Part shown: piece by piece, positions 26,934 through 37,800 of the stretch
How the letters are laid out: each line of letters opens with the position of its first letter
How positions within the stretch are numbered: position 1 is the first letter of the stretch
DNA from: a virus
Taxonomy: Duplodnaviria > Caudoviricetes
DNA length: 64,000 nucleotides
Reading direction: 5' to 3' (one strand)
IMG/VR virus record: IMGVR_UViG_3300045243_000058
Span: 1,153 to 65,152 of that record
Notes under the pieces: model-generated
What the model was told of the DNA's origin: nothing
Seen by the model: only the letters and a program-made list of their open reading frames with translations
Database searches by the model: none
Position numbers and translations under genes: made by a program

Positions 26934-28226
26934 ATGGCCCAACTCGGAAGATTCAACTTCCTCCTCACCGACGCCGCCGGCAACGCGCTCCAGGGGATCT
27001 CGATCGAGATCCGCAAGCAGGCCGCGATGGTCAACGGCGCTCAGGTCGTGTCGAGTGGCGGGAGCATCCTGTGTTACCACGTCGGAGGTCTCGCGTCTGG
27101 CGACACCTGCGTCGTGAACGCCGCCGCAACCGCCTACACGGGAACGGTCGTCGACGCGACGCACGTCCAGCTCTCAGGATTCGCGGGCACCCTGAGTCTC
27201 AACGACGGGGACCGGATTCACGCTTCCGTGCCGCTCATCTCGGCCTATCAGAACCCGGTTGCCAGCGGGTCGCCCCTGACCTTCCCGCTCGTCACGGACC
27301 AGTACGGCAAGGCGTCGTGCGATGCCCTCGTGCGCCCGTACACGATCTACATGTACGGTGGCGCCCTGGCGGCCCCTGACATCAGGTACGACGAGGTTCC
27401 CGTCGGCGTCGAGTCGATGGTCAGCGAGGTCTACACGACTGGGACCGCCGTCGCCTACAAGCGCGACACGCGCCGCTCCCTATCCGCGGGCGACATCCAC
27501 ACGCAGTTCTCGGTCGCCGGGTCCGACGTCCTGAACATCGGGTACAACGGTGCCCTCACCGGAGCGGCCGGCGGCGCGCTCCTCCTCGGAGCCGGGCTCA
27601 CACTGGCGGGCGCCCTGACCGGAGCGACGACCGGGGCCTTCAGCGGCAACGTGACCGTCGGTGGCACCCTCGGAGTCTCCGGCGCGTCGACCCTGGCGGC
27701 AGCGACGTGCTCCGGGCTGCTCACCGCGTCCGCCGGCCTGACGGTCGTCGGGGCGGTGACGCTCCCGGCCGCGTCTCTTTCTGGCTCCGAACTCGCCGCT
27801 AACGCCGTGACGATCAGCAGCACCGTTAACGGCAACGTCGGGTCCGACCAGACGGTCACGACGGAGGCGGTCGTCTCCGGATTGACCACGAGTTACACGG
27901 GCCAGACGGGTAACGCGGGCGCCCTCGTGGAAGTGAACGTCCCGTGCGACGTAACGGGCGGCACCAACACGGCCGGAGTCATGCAAGTGCGCCTCTACTA
28001 CGACAGCGTCCTCAAGGGGTTCGGGGCGCTCGGTGGCTCTACAGGAGCGAACGAGATATTCGACAATGCGTCGACGGTAAACTTCTCCGTCTTCATTCCG
28101 AATCTGGCAGCCTCGGCGAAGACGCTCGAAGTCAGGGCGATCCGGTTCACCGGCACCGCGACATGCAAGGTTACCGCGGCCACCGTTGGACAGCCGACAA
28201 TGAGAATCACCGAGTTCAAGAAGTGA
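26934..28226 (+). CDS. Tail fibre-like protein
   Basis: Gly/Ala/Thr-rich shaft (GALTGA, GNVTVGGTLGVSGASTL) and a beta-rich C-terminal domain. Confidence 0.7.
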   Translation: MAQLGRFNFLLTDAAGNALQGISIEIRKQAAMVNGAQVVSSGGSILCYHVGGLASGDTCVVNAAATAYTGTVVDATHVQLSGFAGTLSLNDGDRIHASVPLISAYQNPVASGSPLTFPLVTDQYGKASCDALVRPYTIYMYGGALAAPDIRYDEVPVGVESMVSEVYTTGTAVAYKRDTRRSLSAGDIHTQFSVAGSDVLNIGYNGALTGAAGGALLLGAGLTLAGALTGATTGAFSGNVTVGGTLGVSGASTLAAATCSGLLTASAGLTVVGAVTLPAASLSGSELAANAVTISSTVNGNVGSDQTVTTEAVVSGLTTSYTGQTGNAGALVEVNVPCDVTGGTNTAGVMQVRLYYDSVLKGFGALGGSTGANEIFDNASTVNFSVFIPNLAASAKTLEVRAIRFTGTATCKVTAATVGQPTMRITEFKK

Positions 28227-29236
28227 CGCACTTCGCCGTGAAGTTGGCGGCCCCGACGGTCTACGACTCGGTGGCCGTGGACGGCGGGCTCATCCTCTAC
28301 TGCGTGGGGGACCGGCTCTGGCACGAGTACCGCTTCATCGAGGACCCGAATAGGGCCTGGAGTTTCATCGTGCAGGACGCGCGCCGACACGAGTCGGTCC
28401 CGGCTGGCATACCGATCGTCGACTCGCTTGCCCCGAAGAACCTCTGGATCGGAGATACCTACCGCGTGCGACGATTCAGCAAGATCGGGGTTTCCGCCGG
28501 TCAGTTCATCGAGAGGAGCGCGGCTTGGGACCTGCCGCAGCCGATGACGGAGTACGCGGGCGGCCTCGCCGTGCGCGCCGGAGTCTATCTCCCGCAGGAC
28601 GACGGCCTGTACCACCTCGTCGTCCCGGTCCTGCAAAACGGGCCCGTCGTCGACCCGGGCGACTGGACCTGGGTGACGGACGACACCGATTCGGATCTCA
28701 TCGAGGCCGGGAGCGTTCAGTCCAAGAGGATGCTCCCCGTCTCGTCTCCCGGGAACTCCGGAACGTTCAACTTCAACGTCTCGGCCAACTCGACCGTCAT
28801 CGCCTACTTCTTCTCGGGGCCAGGCTCTCCCGGGAGCGACCTGTGGTCGTCGCTCGCGACAGTCGTGCAGAACGCCTTCGTGACGACGGCAAACAGCCGC
28901 ATCGAACTGGCGGTGCAGCTCGCGCGCGTCTCTGCAAACGGCATGTTCCGCCAGTCCTACGCCTCTTTTCAGGGGACGCTCAACCTCGGCGGCACCGGGT
29001 CGAAGGTCTTCGCCATGACCCCGGTCCAGCAAATCGGCGTCGAGGAGACGGACAGGCTCCGCGTCGGTCTTGTATTCACCCGTGGCCTGAGCCTCGGGAC
29101 GGGTGCCGTTTCGATCAGTTTCGGTGACGTCTCGCACGATACGCTTGTCACGCCGATCTCCTACCCGACGACCGCGATCGTCGCGCTCGAAGACATCGGC
29201 GCGAAGAATTACGTTCCGTTCTCAGGGGCCGCGTGA
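28223..29236 (+). CDS. Putative tail protein
   Basis: GTGA overlap; beta-rich; tail-module position. Confidence 0.6.
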   Translation: MTHFAVKLAAPTVYDSVAVDGGLILYCVGDRLWHEYRFIEDPNRAWSFIVQDARRHESVPAGIPIVDSLAPKNLWIGDTYRVRRFSKIGVSAGQFIERSAAWDLPQPMTEYAGGLAVRAGVYLPQDDGLYHLVVPVLQNGPVVDPGDWTWVTDDTDSDLIEAGSVQSKRMLPVSSPGNSGTFNFNVSANSTVIAYFFSGPGSPGSDLWSSLATVVQNAFVTTANSRIELAVQLARVSANGMFRQSYASFQGTLNLGGTGSKVFAMTPVQQIGVEETDRLRVGLVFTRGLSLGTGAVSISFGDVSHDTLVTPISYPTTAIVALEDIGAKNYVPFSGAA

Positions 29237-29261
29237 CCAACCGCACATAGAAAGGGAGACC

Positions 29262-29501
29262 ATGGAGATTCAGGACGACGTGTTCCGCGAGATACTTCAA
29301 GCCGCAGGCTCCATCGCGATCGACCGGGAGCGCCTGAACGTGCGCCTTGTGTCGGCTCTCAACGATCTGGCCGCCGCGGCGAAGACGATCGAGGATCTCA
29401 AGGCCGAGCAGGAGAAGATCAGGGCCTCGATCGCCGAGACGACGCACGCTTACCAGGTGGAGACTTCACACCTTGAGGCCGTACCCGATCCCGGTCAGTG
29501 A
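29262..29501 (+). CDS. Small coiled-coil protein (possible fibre chaperone)
   Basis: AAAGGGAG SD; heptad pattern. Confidence 0.6.
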   Translation: MEIQDDVFREILQAAGSIAIDRERLNVRLVSALNDLAAAAKTIEDLKAEQEKIRASIAETTHAYQVETSHLEAVPDPGQ

Positions 29502-31467
29502 AGGTTGCGAGTACGGCAAGCCGCCCGACACCATCAGCCGCGGCGCGCTGCGCATCGCTCGCAACTACTTCTACGAGCCGGAGAACCCCACCCTCGTCCA
29601 GTACCCGTGGCGCAGTCTGTTCGGCACCATGCAGAGCGGGAAGACGCCCGCCGGCCTGTCGGTCGTCCGCTTTCGGAGCGGGTCCCGGTTCCTCATGGGC
29701 GCCGCCGGCACGAAAATCGTACAGGCCCCGCTCGGCACCACGGGCACCTTTCAGGTGCTCAAGACCCTCACGCAGCAAGTCGGCCGGATGGACTTCGCGT
29801 ACTACAACCTGACCGACCGGCTCTACATGACCGACGGCGTGAACCCTCCCCAGGTCTGGAACGGCGTCTCCGGGTCGACGCGCGACATGGGCCTCAACGC
29901 TCCCACGACCGCGATGACCTCGGCCCTCGTGAGCAACGCAGACACGACCTATCAGGTCGGCGACACGTTCTCCTACGTCATGTCGGAGTACGACTCCGTG
30001 AACGTCGTCGAGAGCGGCCCCGGCCCGGTCATCGTCGTGTCGCTCACGACCAACGGGCAGACCGTCCGCCTGAACCTCCCCGCGGCGCTCAACGTCGAGA
30101 CGACCCACCTGAACATCTACCGGACGCAGGCGGGCGGGACCGTCTGGTACTTCCTCGCGCGCGTGCCCATCGGAACGCTGCGCTACTACGACGGCCAGGA
30201 CACCGAGGCGCTCGGAAACGGCAGCGACAACCTGACGCAGTACGGATTCGCGACTATGGACGACCTGTTCATCTCCGGGCGCCAGGTCATGCCCATGATC
30301 GGCGAGCCGCTCCAGAACAACTACGTCACCCAGAACGGCGTCCCGCCGTTGGGCGACATGGCGACGATCTTCCAGGATTGCCTCTGCATCTCCGGAGTCC
30401 CGGCGTTCCCGCAGCACATCTACTACAGCCTGCCGTTCCTGCCGGAGTCCTTCTCTCCGGTCTACTTCCTCGCCGAGGAGAACGACCAGGGAGACCCGGT
30501 CACCGGCATGTGCGTCGCGAACGACCGCTTCCTCGCCTTCTGCAACAACAGCGTGTGGCGCCACGACCGCCTGCCATTCGTGAACGACCCCGGGTTCGGT
30601 ACCGGGTCGGCGACCCGGAGCCGCGTCGCGAACGACCACGGCTCCATCGCCAAGCGCGCCGTCTGCTCCTACAGCGTCGGGTTTCCCAACGACCGGGCGT
30701 TCTACCTGAGCAACCGCGGGCCGTACTCGACGGACGGCTACGTCACGGTGCCGCTCGGCGGAGACCTCAACTGGGACAAGGCGAAGATCAACTTCTCGGC
30801 CATCTCAGGGGCGGTCGCGGTCGCGTGGCCGAAGTACCGCATCGTCATCCTGTGCCTGCCGAGTCCGTCGTCTTCGGTCAACGACTTCGCGCTCATCTAC
30901 CACTACGACCCACGGCACGCGAAGCGCGGCACGGGCGTCGGTAAGTGGACGGGGCCGATCGACTTGCGCGCCGTCGCCATGGCGGTCAGCCACGACGCGG
31001 ACACCGAGACGCGCCTCTACACCGCCGACAGCCGGGCGAATGGTCAGGTCTACCTCGAGGACAACGGAGACCACGACGCGGCGCAGACGCTCAACTCCGC
31101 GGGCGACATCCTTGCCGAGTGGGAAACCGGCGACCAAGTCGTCGGCGGCCGTAGCAGCCAGAACTTCCTCGGCAACGTCTACGTCAGCATGGCGGACACG
31201 AACGACACGAATCCGACTCTCCTCGCGACGGTGAACCGGAACGACGACGAGTGGGAACTCCCGATGGAGAACCTGACGCCGAACCAGGCGTCCCTTGAGG
31301 GCCTCGGGACGTCGTCGGTCTCGCGTGACAAGGGGCGCACGCTCGTCGCTGGAATCTGGGAAATGGCGTCGGAAGTCCGGCTGCACATGAAGGAAACGAG
31401 CCACGGCACGCGGCGCCGCGTCGTTGACGTCGAGTGCGAGGCGGAGCCTCGGGGGCGGCGGAAGTGA
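29473..31467 (+). CDS. Tail nozzle/stabilisation protein (P22 gp10 / T7 gp12-like)
   Basis: About 660 aa beta-propeller-like (YMTDGVN, IYYS...PESF, HGSIA, FYLSNRGPY). The TTG start is inferred from a GGTGGAG SD. Confidence 0.75.
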   Translation: MRPYPIPVSEGCEYGKPPDTISRGALRIARNYFYEPENPTLVQYPWRSLFGTMQSGKTPAGLSVVRFRSGSRFLMGAAGTKIVQAPLGTTGTFQVLKTLTQQVGRMDFAYYNLTDRLYMTDGVNPPQVWNGVSGSTRDMGLNAPTTAMTSALVSNADTTYQVGDTFSYVMSEYDSVNVVESGPGPVIVVSLTTNGQTVRLNLPAALNVETTHLNIYRTQAGGTVWYFLARVPIGTLRYYDGQDTEALGNGSDNLTQYGFATMDDLFISGRQVMPMIGEPLQNNYVTQNGVPPLGDMATIFQDCLCISGVPAFPQHIYYSLPFLPESFSPVYFLAEENDQGDPVTGMCVANDRFLAFCNNSVWRHDRLPFVNDPGFGTGSATRSRVANDHGSIAKRAVCSYSVGFPNDRAFYLSNRGPYSTDGYVTVPLGGDLNWDKAKINFSAISGAVAVAWPKYRIVILCLPSPSSSVNDFALIYHYDPRHAKRGTGVGKWTGPIDLRAVAMAVSHDADTETRLYTADSRANGQVYLEDNGDHDAAQTLNSAGDILAEWETGDQVVGGRSSQNFLGNVYVSMADTNDTNPTLLATVNRNDDEWELPMENLTPNQASLEGLGTSSVSRDKGRTLVAGIWEMASEVRLHMKETSHGTRRRVVDVECEAEPRGRRK

Positions 31468-32093
31468 CAGTCAAACGGCTGCGCGGCTACAAGCGGGCCT
31501 CCACGGGCGCACAGAACCTCAACGAGTTGAACCGGCAGATGAGCGAGGTCGATCTCGCGATTCACGACATCGAGCGCGTCATCGGTGAACTCACGACCGA
31601 GGTGAACAAGATCCTGAACGGAACGATCGACGTCGTCCCAAGGCACGCATTGACTCATCTGCCGGACGGTTCGGACCCGCTCACGACGGTCGCGCCGACT
31701 TTCTCGTTCTCGACCGCCGCCGCCGCGGGGGTCGCGTTGTCATTCATCCGCTCGGACGCCACGCTTGCGCTGTTCGATGCGACGGTGCCGAGCATCCTGA
31801 GTAACGCCGCGGCCGTCGGCGCGGCAGGCAAGGCGGCGCGTCGCGATCACACGCACAAGTCGGAGACCTCGGGAGACTGGTACGCGGACACGAACGGGAA
31901 AGGGCTCGTGACGGTGGACGCCCAGGGGACGCCGCGGTACTGGCGAGTCAGCGTCACGAATGGAGCCGGGAATCCTACCGGCGGCGCGACCCTATCGATA
32001 TCGAACCTCGGCGTCCTGACCGCCGCCCGCGACGCGCTCGCAACAGGAACGCTCCAGATACGGATCGACGATCTCGGGACGACTCCTCCATGA
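31464..32093 (+). CDS. Tail needle/short fibre-like protein
   Basis: N-terminal coiled coil, then HALTH..DGSDPL and AARRDHTH fibre-type His motifs. Confidence 0.6.
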   Translation: MTVKRLRGYKRASTGAQNLNELNRQMSEVDLAIHDIERVIGELTTEVNKILNGTIDVVPRHALTHLPDGSDPLTTVAPTFSFSTAAAAGVALSFIRSDATLALFDATVPSILSNAAAVGAAGKAARRDHTHKSETSGDWYADTNGKGLVTVDAQGTPRYWRVSVTNGAGNPTGGATLSISNLGVLTAARDALATGTLQIRIDDLGTTPP

Positions 32094-32098
32094 CGATA

Positions 32099-32127
32099 TT
32101 GCGAAGCCATTGCGATTCCGGTACGTT
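32099..32127 (+). promoter_or_regulatory. Promoter TTGCGA-17-TACGTT
   Basis: Same -10 as the 15654 promoter; precedes the ejection genes. Confidence 0.55.
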
Positions 32128-32179
32128 ACCGGCCAGAAGGTCCCCATGAGGGGATGCCCGAGCGGCGGAGGTACCTGAG

Positions 32180-33346
32180 ATGTGGGAAATCGACCCGACG
32201 TCCGGACAGCTCGTCTTCGTCTCGAGCCCGGGAGGCGGCTCCGGCGGGGGCGGCAGCACCTTCAACGATCCCTACGGCATCGGTGGCGACCCCCACGTCG
32301 GCGGCGGGGGAATGTCGGGCTCCGGCTACTACTGGGATCCGGCGCAGAACAAGTACGTCTCTCTCCCGAGTCCGTACCCGTCGAACGCTCCTCCGGGCTA
32401 CATGATCTGGAACGGATCCCAGTGGGTCCAGAACCCTAACTTCGCTTCAAGCGGCGCCGGAGGAACGCTCGGTGGACAGGGCGACACCGGACATCAGGGT
32501 CAGCCCGGACAGGGTGGCGGGGCCGGCGGCCTCGTTCCCCTTCCGTCGCATCCCGGGTTCATGATGAATCCGTCTACCGGGCAGGTGTTCTTCAGCAACG
32601 GCCAGCCGTTCGTGAATCAGGGACAGCAGGTCTACTACAACAGCGGGATGAATCAGTTCAGCACGACTCCTCCGGGCCCGATGACCCAGCAGCCGCAGAC
32701 GAACAATCCGGCCGATCCCACGGTCCCGGGCGGCACGGGTCCGACGGCCGGAGGTGGAACCGGGTCGTGGGCGAAGTACGCGCCGTTCGTCTACGGCGGT
32801 CTCAACGCGATCCAGGGGTTTCTGGGTTCGAGGAATGCGGCGGCAGCGTACAAGGCGGCGGCGAACGCTCAGAACGCAACGCGCGCGCAGAGCATGGCGC
32901 TCGCGTCGCCCGGGAACCTCCAGGCCGACATCACGGGCCAGATCCCGTTCTACCAGCAGCTCTACAAGCCCGGCGTGCTGAACCAAGGGCAGGCGATCTC
33001 GCTCGCGCGCGAGGGGAACCTCCAGTCCTTCGACGCCGACGTGGCGCGCCGTGGCCTCGGCGGTAGCGGAATCCAGGCGTCTGGAGAGAATGCCATTCGC
33101 GGCGGGGCGACGGCGGCCTACAGCGACGCGCTCCGGAAGTACAACGAGGACGTCTACACCGGCGCCGTGAACACCGGCAGCGACATCTATCACACGCAGG
33201 TCGGGGCGTCCCAGGGGACGCCGATTGCTTCAACCTTCACTCCCTCGGCCGGGAGCGATGCGCTCAACGCGCTCATCTCGGGCGGCGGGGCCTACGCGCT
33301 CGCCAAGACGCTCAAGAACTACCCGTACCTCTACCCGGGTCAGTGA
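32180..33346 (+). CDS. DNA ejection/pilot protein
   Basis: GGAGG SD; Gly-rich, amphipathic GGLNAIQGFLGS, ARRGLGGSGI motif. Confidence 0.65.
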   Translation: MWEIDPTSGQLVFVSSPGGGSGGGGSTFNDPYGIGGDPHVGGGGMSGSGYYWDPAQNKYVSLPSPYPSNAPPGYMIWNGSQWVQNPNFASSGAGGTLGGQGDTGHQGQPGQGGGAGGLVPLPSHPGFMMNPSTGQVFFSNGQPFVNQGQQVYYNSGMNQFSTTPPGPMTQQPQTNNPADPTVPGGTGPTAGGGTGSWAKYAPFVYGGLNAIQGFLGSRNAAAAYKAAANAQNATRAQSMALASPGNLQADITGQIPFYQQLYKPGVLNQGQAISLAREGNLQSFDADVARRGLGGSGIQASGENAIRGGATAAYSDALRKYNEDVYTGAVNTGSDIYHTQVGASQGTPIASTFTPSAGSDALNALISGGGAYALAKTLKNYPYLYPGQ

Positions 33347-33355
33347 GGTGACGCG

Positions 33356-33646
33356 ATGCCGACCGATCCGTACGGTCTGAATTACCAGTACGGCGGCCCT
33401 CCGCCGGCTCCATCGCCGGGCGCTCCCTCGCCGTACTACCCGGGTGCACCTACTGGCGGACCCACCGGCGGTTCCGGCTATCAGTACGGCGGTCCGCCTC
33501 CGTCGCCGTATCGTGGAGTCGCGGGAGGAGCCAAGACTCCGTGGGCCGCGTGGGGACCGCAAGACCACATGTCGTACTGGAATCATGTGATGGGGCACTA
33601 CATGGCTGCGCTCGCCGGGCGAGGGCAGATCAAATACCCCTACTGA
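33356..33646 (+). CDS. Pro/Gly/Tyr-rich low-complexity protein
   Basis: GAGGTG SD; YQYGGPPP occurs twice. Confidence 0.65.
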   Translation: MPTDPYGLNYQYGGPPPAPSPGAPSPYYPGAPTGGPTGGSGYQYGGPPPSPYRGVAGGAKTPWAAWGPQDHMSYWNHVMGHYMAALAGRGQIKYPY

Positions 33647-33655
33647 GGCATCGCC

Positions 33656-34840
33656 ATGGCCTTGAGGCCCGTCGCTCCTCCGCCCTACGCCGCGCCGCCG
33701 CCGGTCGACCCGATGAACGCCGGGATGAACGCGCCGCCGCAGGGGCCGCCTCCGCCTCCCTATATGCCCGGGAGCGGCCAGCCCCCGTGGGCGCCGAACG
33801 TGAACGTCGCTCCGCCTCCTCCGCCGCCTTCCCCGGGCGGGGCAGCCCCCGACTACTCACAGCCGGGCGGTGAGGCACCGTTCGGCGGCACGCCGTACTG
33901 GTCGGGCGTGATGCGCAACTACATCGACATGATCACGAAGCCGCAGGCGACCCCGCGGCCCGCGCCGCTCGACAACTCCCAGATCGCCGCGTACATGCTC
34001 AACCCTGGGATGCGCGGCGAGCTGATGAACATGTACAACACGCCGTACCAGGCGGCCATCGCGCAGGCGCGCAGCCATGAGGAGATGATCGGCCACGGGC
34101 TCACCGGGGCCGCCCACATGCTCTCGGCCGCCGGCGAGTACGAGCAGCGCCAGCACGAGGACGCGCGCGAGACGGCGCAGCGAAACTACTCCTCGGCGAA
34201 GACGGCCGCGGAGTCCGGGGACGTCACGTTCGACTACAAGGCGGCGGGCGCGCCGGAACTCTATTCGGTCGCGCAACAGCGGGCCCAGATGTTCGGGACC
34301 ATCCACAACCCGGAGACCAAGCCGCAGGTCGAGGAGCGGAACCGGAAGGAGTGGTACGGGCGCCTCGACAAACTCCAGTCCCAGTTGAACGACATCCAAG
34401 CGGCGCGCGACAAGCTCCAGTCGAACCCGAACCTGGCGTTCCTCCTCGACCCCGAGAAGCGCAAGGGCAACGCGGGCTACGGGACGGCGAGCAACCTTGA
34501 GAAGTCGATCAACGACCGGAGCGCCCAGCTCGACCAGCAGGAAGCCGACATCCGTAAGGAGATGGACGCGCTCAGGACGATGTCTCCGGCGCTCGGCCCG
34601 CACGGCGAGCCGTCGACCTTCGAGCGGTACAACAAGATGTCGGGGCCGGAGCAGGAGCAATACGTTCAGAAGCGCGCGACCGTGATCCAGACGCTCAAGG
34701 CGCGCCCGCAGCGTCCCGGCCAGCCCTCCGACTACGAATTGTTCTCCAAGCTGTCGCCCGACCAGCAGGACGCCTTCGTCGAGCAGTTCGTGAAGGGACA
34801 GGAGGCGCGCCGGTCCTACGCCACGGCAGCGAGCCCCTGA
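33656..34840 (+). CDS. Putative ejection/internal virion protein
   Basis: Pro-rich N-terminus, then helical/coiled-coil; lies between the pilot and giant proteins. Confidence 0.65.
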   Translation: MALRPVAPPPYAAPPPVDPMNAGMNAPPQGPPPPPYMPGSGQPPWAPNVNVAPPPPPPSPGGAAPDYSQPGGEAPFGGTPYWSGVMRNYIDMITKPQATPRPAPLDNSQIAAYMLNPGMRGELMNMYNTPYQAAIAQARSHEEMIGHGLTGAAHMLSAAGEYEQRQHEDARETAQRNYSSAKTAAESGDVTFDYKAAGAPELYSVAQQRAQMFGTIHNPETKPQVEERNRKEWYGRLDKLQSQLNDIQAARDKLQSNPNLAFLLDPEKRKGNAGYGTASNLEKSINDRSAQLDQQEADIRKEMDALRTMSPALGPHGEPSTFERYNKMSGPEQEQYVQKRATVIQTLKARPQRPGQPSDYELFSKLSPDQQDAFVEQFVKGQEARRSYATAASP

Positions 34841-37800
34841 TGCCGCCGGAGGCGCCGAGCGCGTACGACGAGCTCCTCCGCCGGTACGGAATGGACCAGC
34901 CGTCGTCATCGGCGCCGTCCGCCGGGCCCGGCCCGGCCGATCACTCCTCCCTAGAAGCGCAGAACGGCCTGCCGCCCGGCCTCCTGGACGCAGTAGCGCA
35001 ACAGGAGTCCGGAGGGAACCCGAACGCCGTGTCGAAGGCCGGCGCTGTCGGCAAGTTCCAGTTCATGCCCGCCACAGCGCGCGCCTACGGGCTGCGGGTC
35101 GACGCCGGCGCCGACGAGCGCCGAGACCCCGTCAAGAGCGCCGCCGCTGCGGCCCTCCTCCTCGGTGACCTGCACCGTCGGTTCAGCGGGCGCACCGACC
35201 TCGCGCTCGCGGCCTACAACGCCGGGCCGGGCGCCGTGAAGGACGCCGGGAACGCCGTGCCCGACTTCCCCGAGACCCAGAACTACGTCCGGTCGATCAT
35301 GGGGAAGATGGGCGCGAGCGCGGCACCCGCCGACACCGGGGCGATGGACGAACTCATGCGCCGCTACGGTCTCTCCGGCGACCAGGATATGCCAGCGCCG
35401 GCGGCGCCCGACACGACTGGCGCTCCCGCGCCGCCTCCGAGCGCCGCGCCGGCCGCTCCGGCGCCGCAGATACCCGGCACCGGCGGCTACCAGTTCCCGG
35501 CCGCGGGCATGGTGGCGCAGGGGCCGGGCGGCGACATCGCCTTCCCGCCGTCCGCGCGCGCTCCGCAAGGCGAGGTCCAGGTGCCCCCGAAGTCGGCGAC
35601 CGACGCAGAGGAACGGCAGCGACAACTGGCCGACTGGTGGGAGGGCGGCGGTAAGGCCATGAGCCCGCAGCAGATCGCCGCGCTCGGCCCAGAGTACCAG
35701 GCGTTCTACGAGGAAACGACCGGGAAACGACCGACGATGGGCGCGCCGCCATCCGAGTTCCAGATGACCGGCGCGCAGCTTGCGCAGTCGACCGGAGAGC
35801 AGGCGTACGCCGGGTTCGCCGGCGCCGTGGCACCGTACGTCCCGAACATCCCCGGGGCCGACGTCGTGAAGTGGCAGCGCGAGGTCGGCGCGTCCGGGCC
35901 GATCGGGGTCGCCGCCGGCGCCGCGGGGGCCATCGCCGGGTACTCGACGCCGACTCCGCTCCCGGTTGCGGCGCGGACGGTCGGGAAACTCGCCTCCGAG
36001 ATGCTCATCGGCCGCGGCGCTATCGAGATGGCCGACAAGGCGAAGCAGGCGCTCTTCGAGGACTCCCTCGACGCGCTCCTCAACGGAGAGCACGGTCCGA
36101 AGGTGGTCCGTGCCGCGCAGGCGGCGCGCGCCGCAGCGATGGACGCCGGGGCCTCCGTGGAGGACGCGGCGACTGCCGGGACCAACGCCGCCCACGACTA
36201 CATCACCGCCAACGTCGCCCCCACGGCCCAGAGGTTCGCCGACGCGATGGGCGACCAGCTCCTCAAGGGGATGTCCGGAAGCGCCCGCGTGTGGGCGGCC
36301 CGCAATCTCCTCGACCCGGCCGCGGCCGGCCTGACCGCCGGAGGCATTGAGTCGGCGACCGGCCTCGCGACCGGAGAGGTGAAGCCGGAAGACCTCCCGG
36401 ACCACCTCGTCGGGACGTCGCTCGGGTTCCTCGTCGCGCACCTCGGATGGAAGGGCGTCAGCGCCGCCATGCGCAATCTCGGGCTCACAGAGGGTGACGT
36501 GATCTGGAAGGCGCGCAACGGCAAGGAGTTGAGCGACGACGAGAAGGACATGCTCAACCGCCTCGTCCAGCGGGTGCGCGCCGGAAGCCAAGGCCCGGGC
36601 CGGTCGGAGTACCCGCAGGCGGCCATCGCCGGCACGCCGCCGCAGGCGCCGGGCGGCCCGGTGGCGCCCGGCGAGGCGCTCGAGCGCAGCGGTCAGGCGC
36701 AGGCGCTCGCTGACATTCTCCAGCCGGCCCGGGACGCTCGCGCGGCCGAAGCGTCCGATGCCGCCGCGCGCGCGGCGCGCGCCGCCGACAAGCAGGCCCG
36801 GGAAGCCTCCGTCGCCGCGGCACGGGCGCAGGACGTCTCGGGCGCGATGGCCCCCCTCCAGGAGCGCGCGAAGTTCTACGTGGAACAGGGGTTGCTCTCT
36901 GCGGAGGAAGTGCAGAGCATGGGGTCTCCTGACGCCCTGTCGCGCCTCCTCGACGTAGCGCAGAACCGTCGGGCCGAGGAGGAGCAACGGAAGCTCGCCA
37001 CGTTGGCTCAGGGCGCGCGATTGTCCGGAACGGGACTCGTGACTCGCATCCCCGCCACGGAGCCGCAGGCCGCCCCCGTAGCGCCACAGCCGGAGCCGCC
37101 TCCGCCGGCGCCGGCGCCGCCGGAATCGGTCCCGGAGCGGTACATCCCCGGACAGCGGGATCGGTTCTGGGTGCAGAGCATCCTCGCGCGCGCGCCGAAC
37201 GTGAACGAGGCGGTCAAGATGGCGCAGGAGCGCATCGGTGCGCAGCCGGGGCTCGACGACTACGTCCGGGCGCGCTGGAACGACAAGTTCCAGGCCGGCC
37301 AGAAGGAGCAGGCGACTCGAGACCTGATTCGGCAGGCGAATCAGTCCGAGCAGGCGCGCCTCCAGCGCGGCGAGAACCGGGCGAAGGTCGCGCGCGACAT
37401 CGCCGACCGCCTGGCGAGCGACCAGAAGATCAAGGAGAAGCAGCAGTTGGCGAACGCGGGGCGTGAGGTCCCCACTGAGATCGGCCACGCGCAAGACGTG
37501 TCGGCCTTCCACGACCTCCTCGGCCCGGAGACACCACCTGCCGCCACACCGGCCCCTGCCCCGACGGAACCGACCGTCGCGGCACCTTCCCCCGCGGCGT
37601 CCACGGGGCAGGAGCCGGCGAACGCCGCGCCAGTCGCTCCATCGACTGGATCCATAAATGCGGGGAAAAAGTCCTTGACTCCGAAGCGCACGAAGGAGCA
37701 GCAGTCCTATGTCGACGCTCTCGGGGACGCCATCGGCCACTGGGGGAAGATGCTCATCGACCACGTCGGCGCGGTGCGCATCGACACCCAGAAGGCCATC

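Noticed and set aside
37650-37705. A-tract plus TTGACT inside the giant gene, as an internal promoter
   Set aside because: No credible -10 at 16-18 bp and no downstream SD/ATG found; possibly vestigial.
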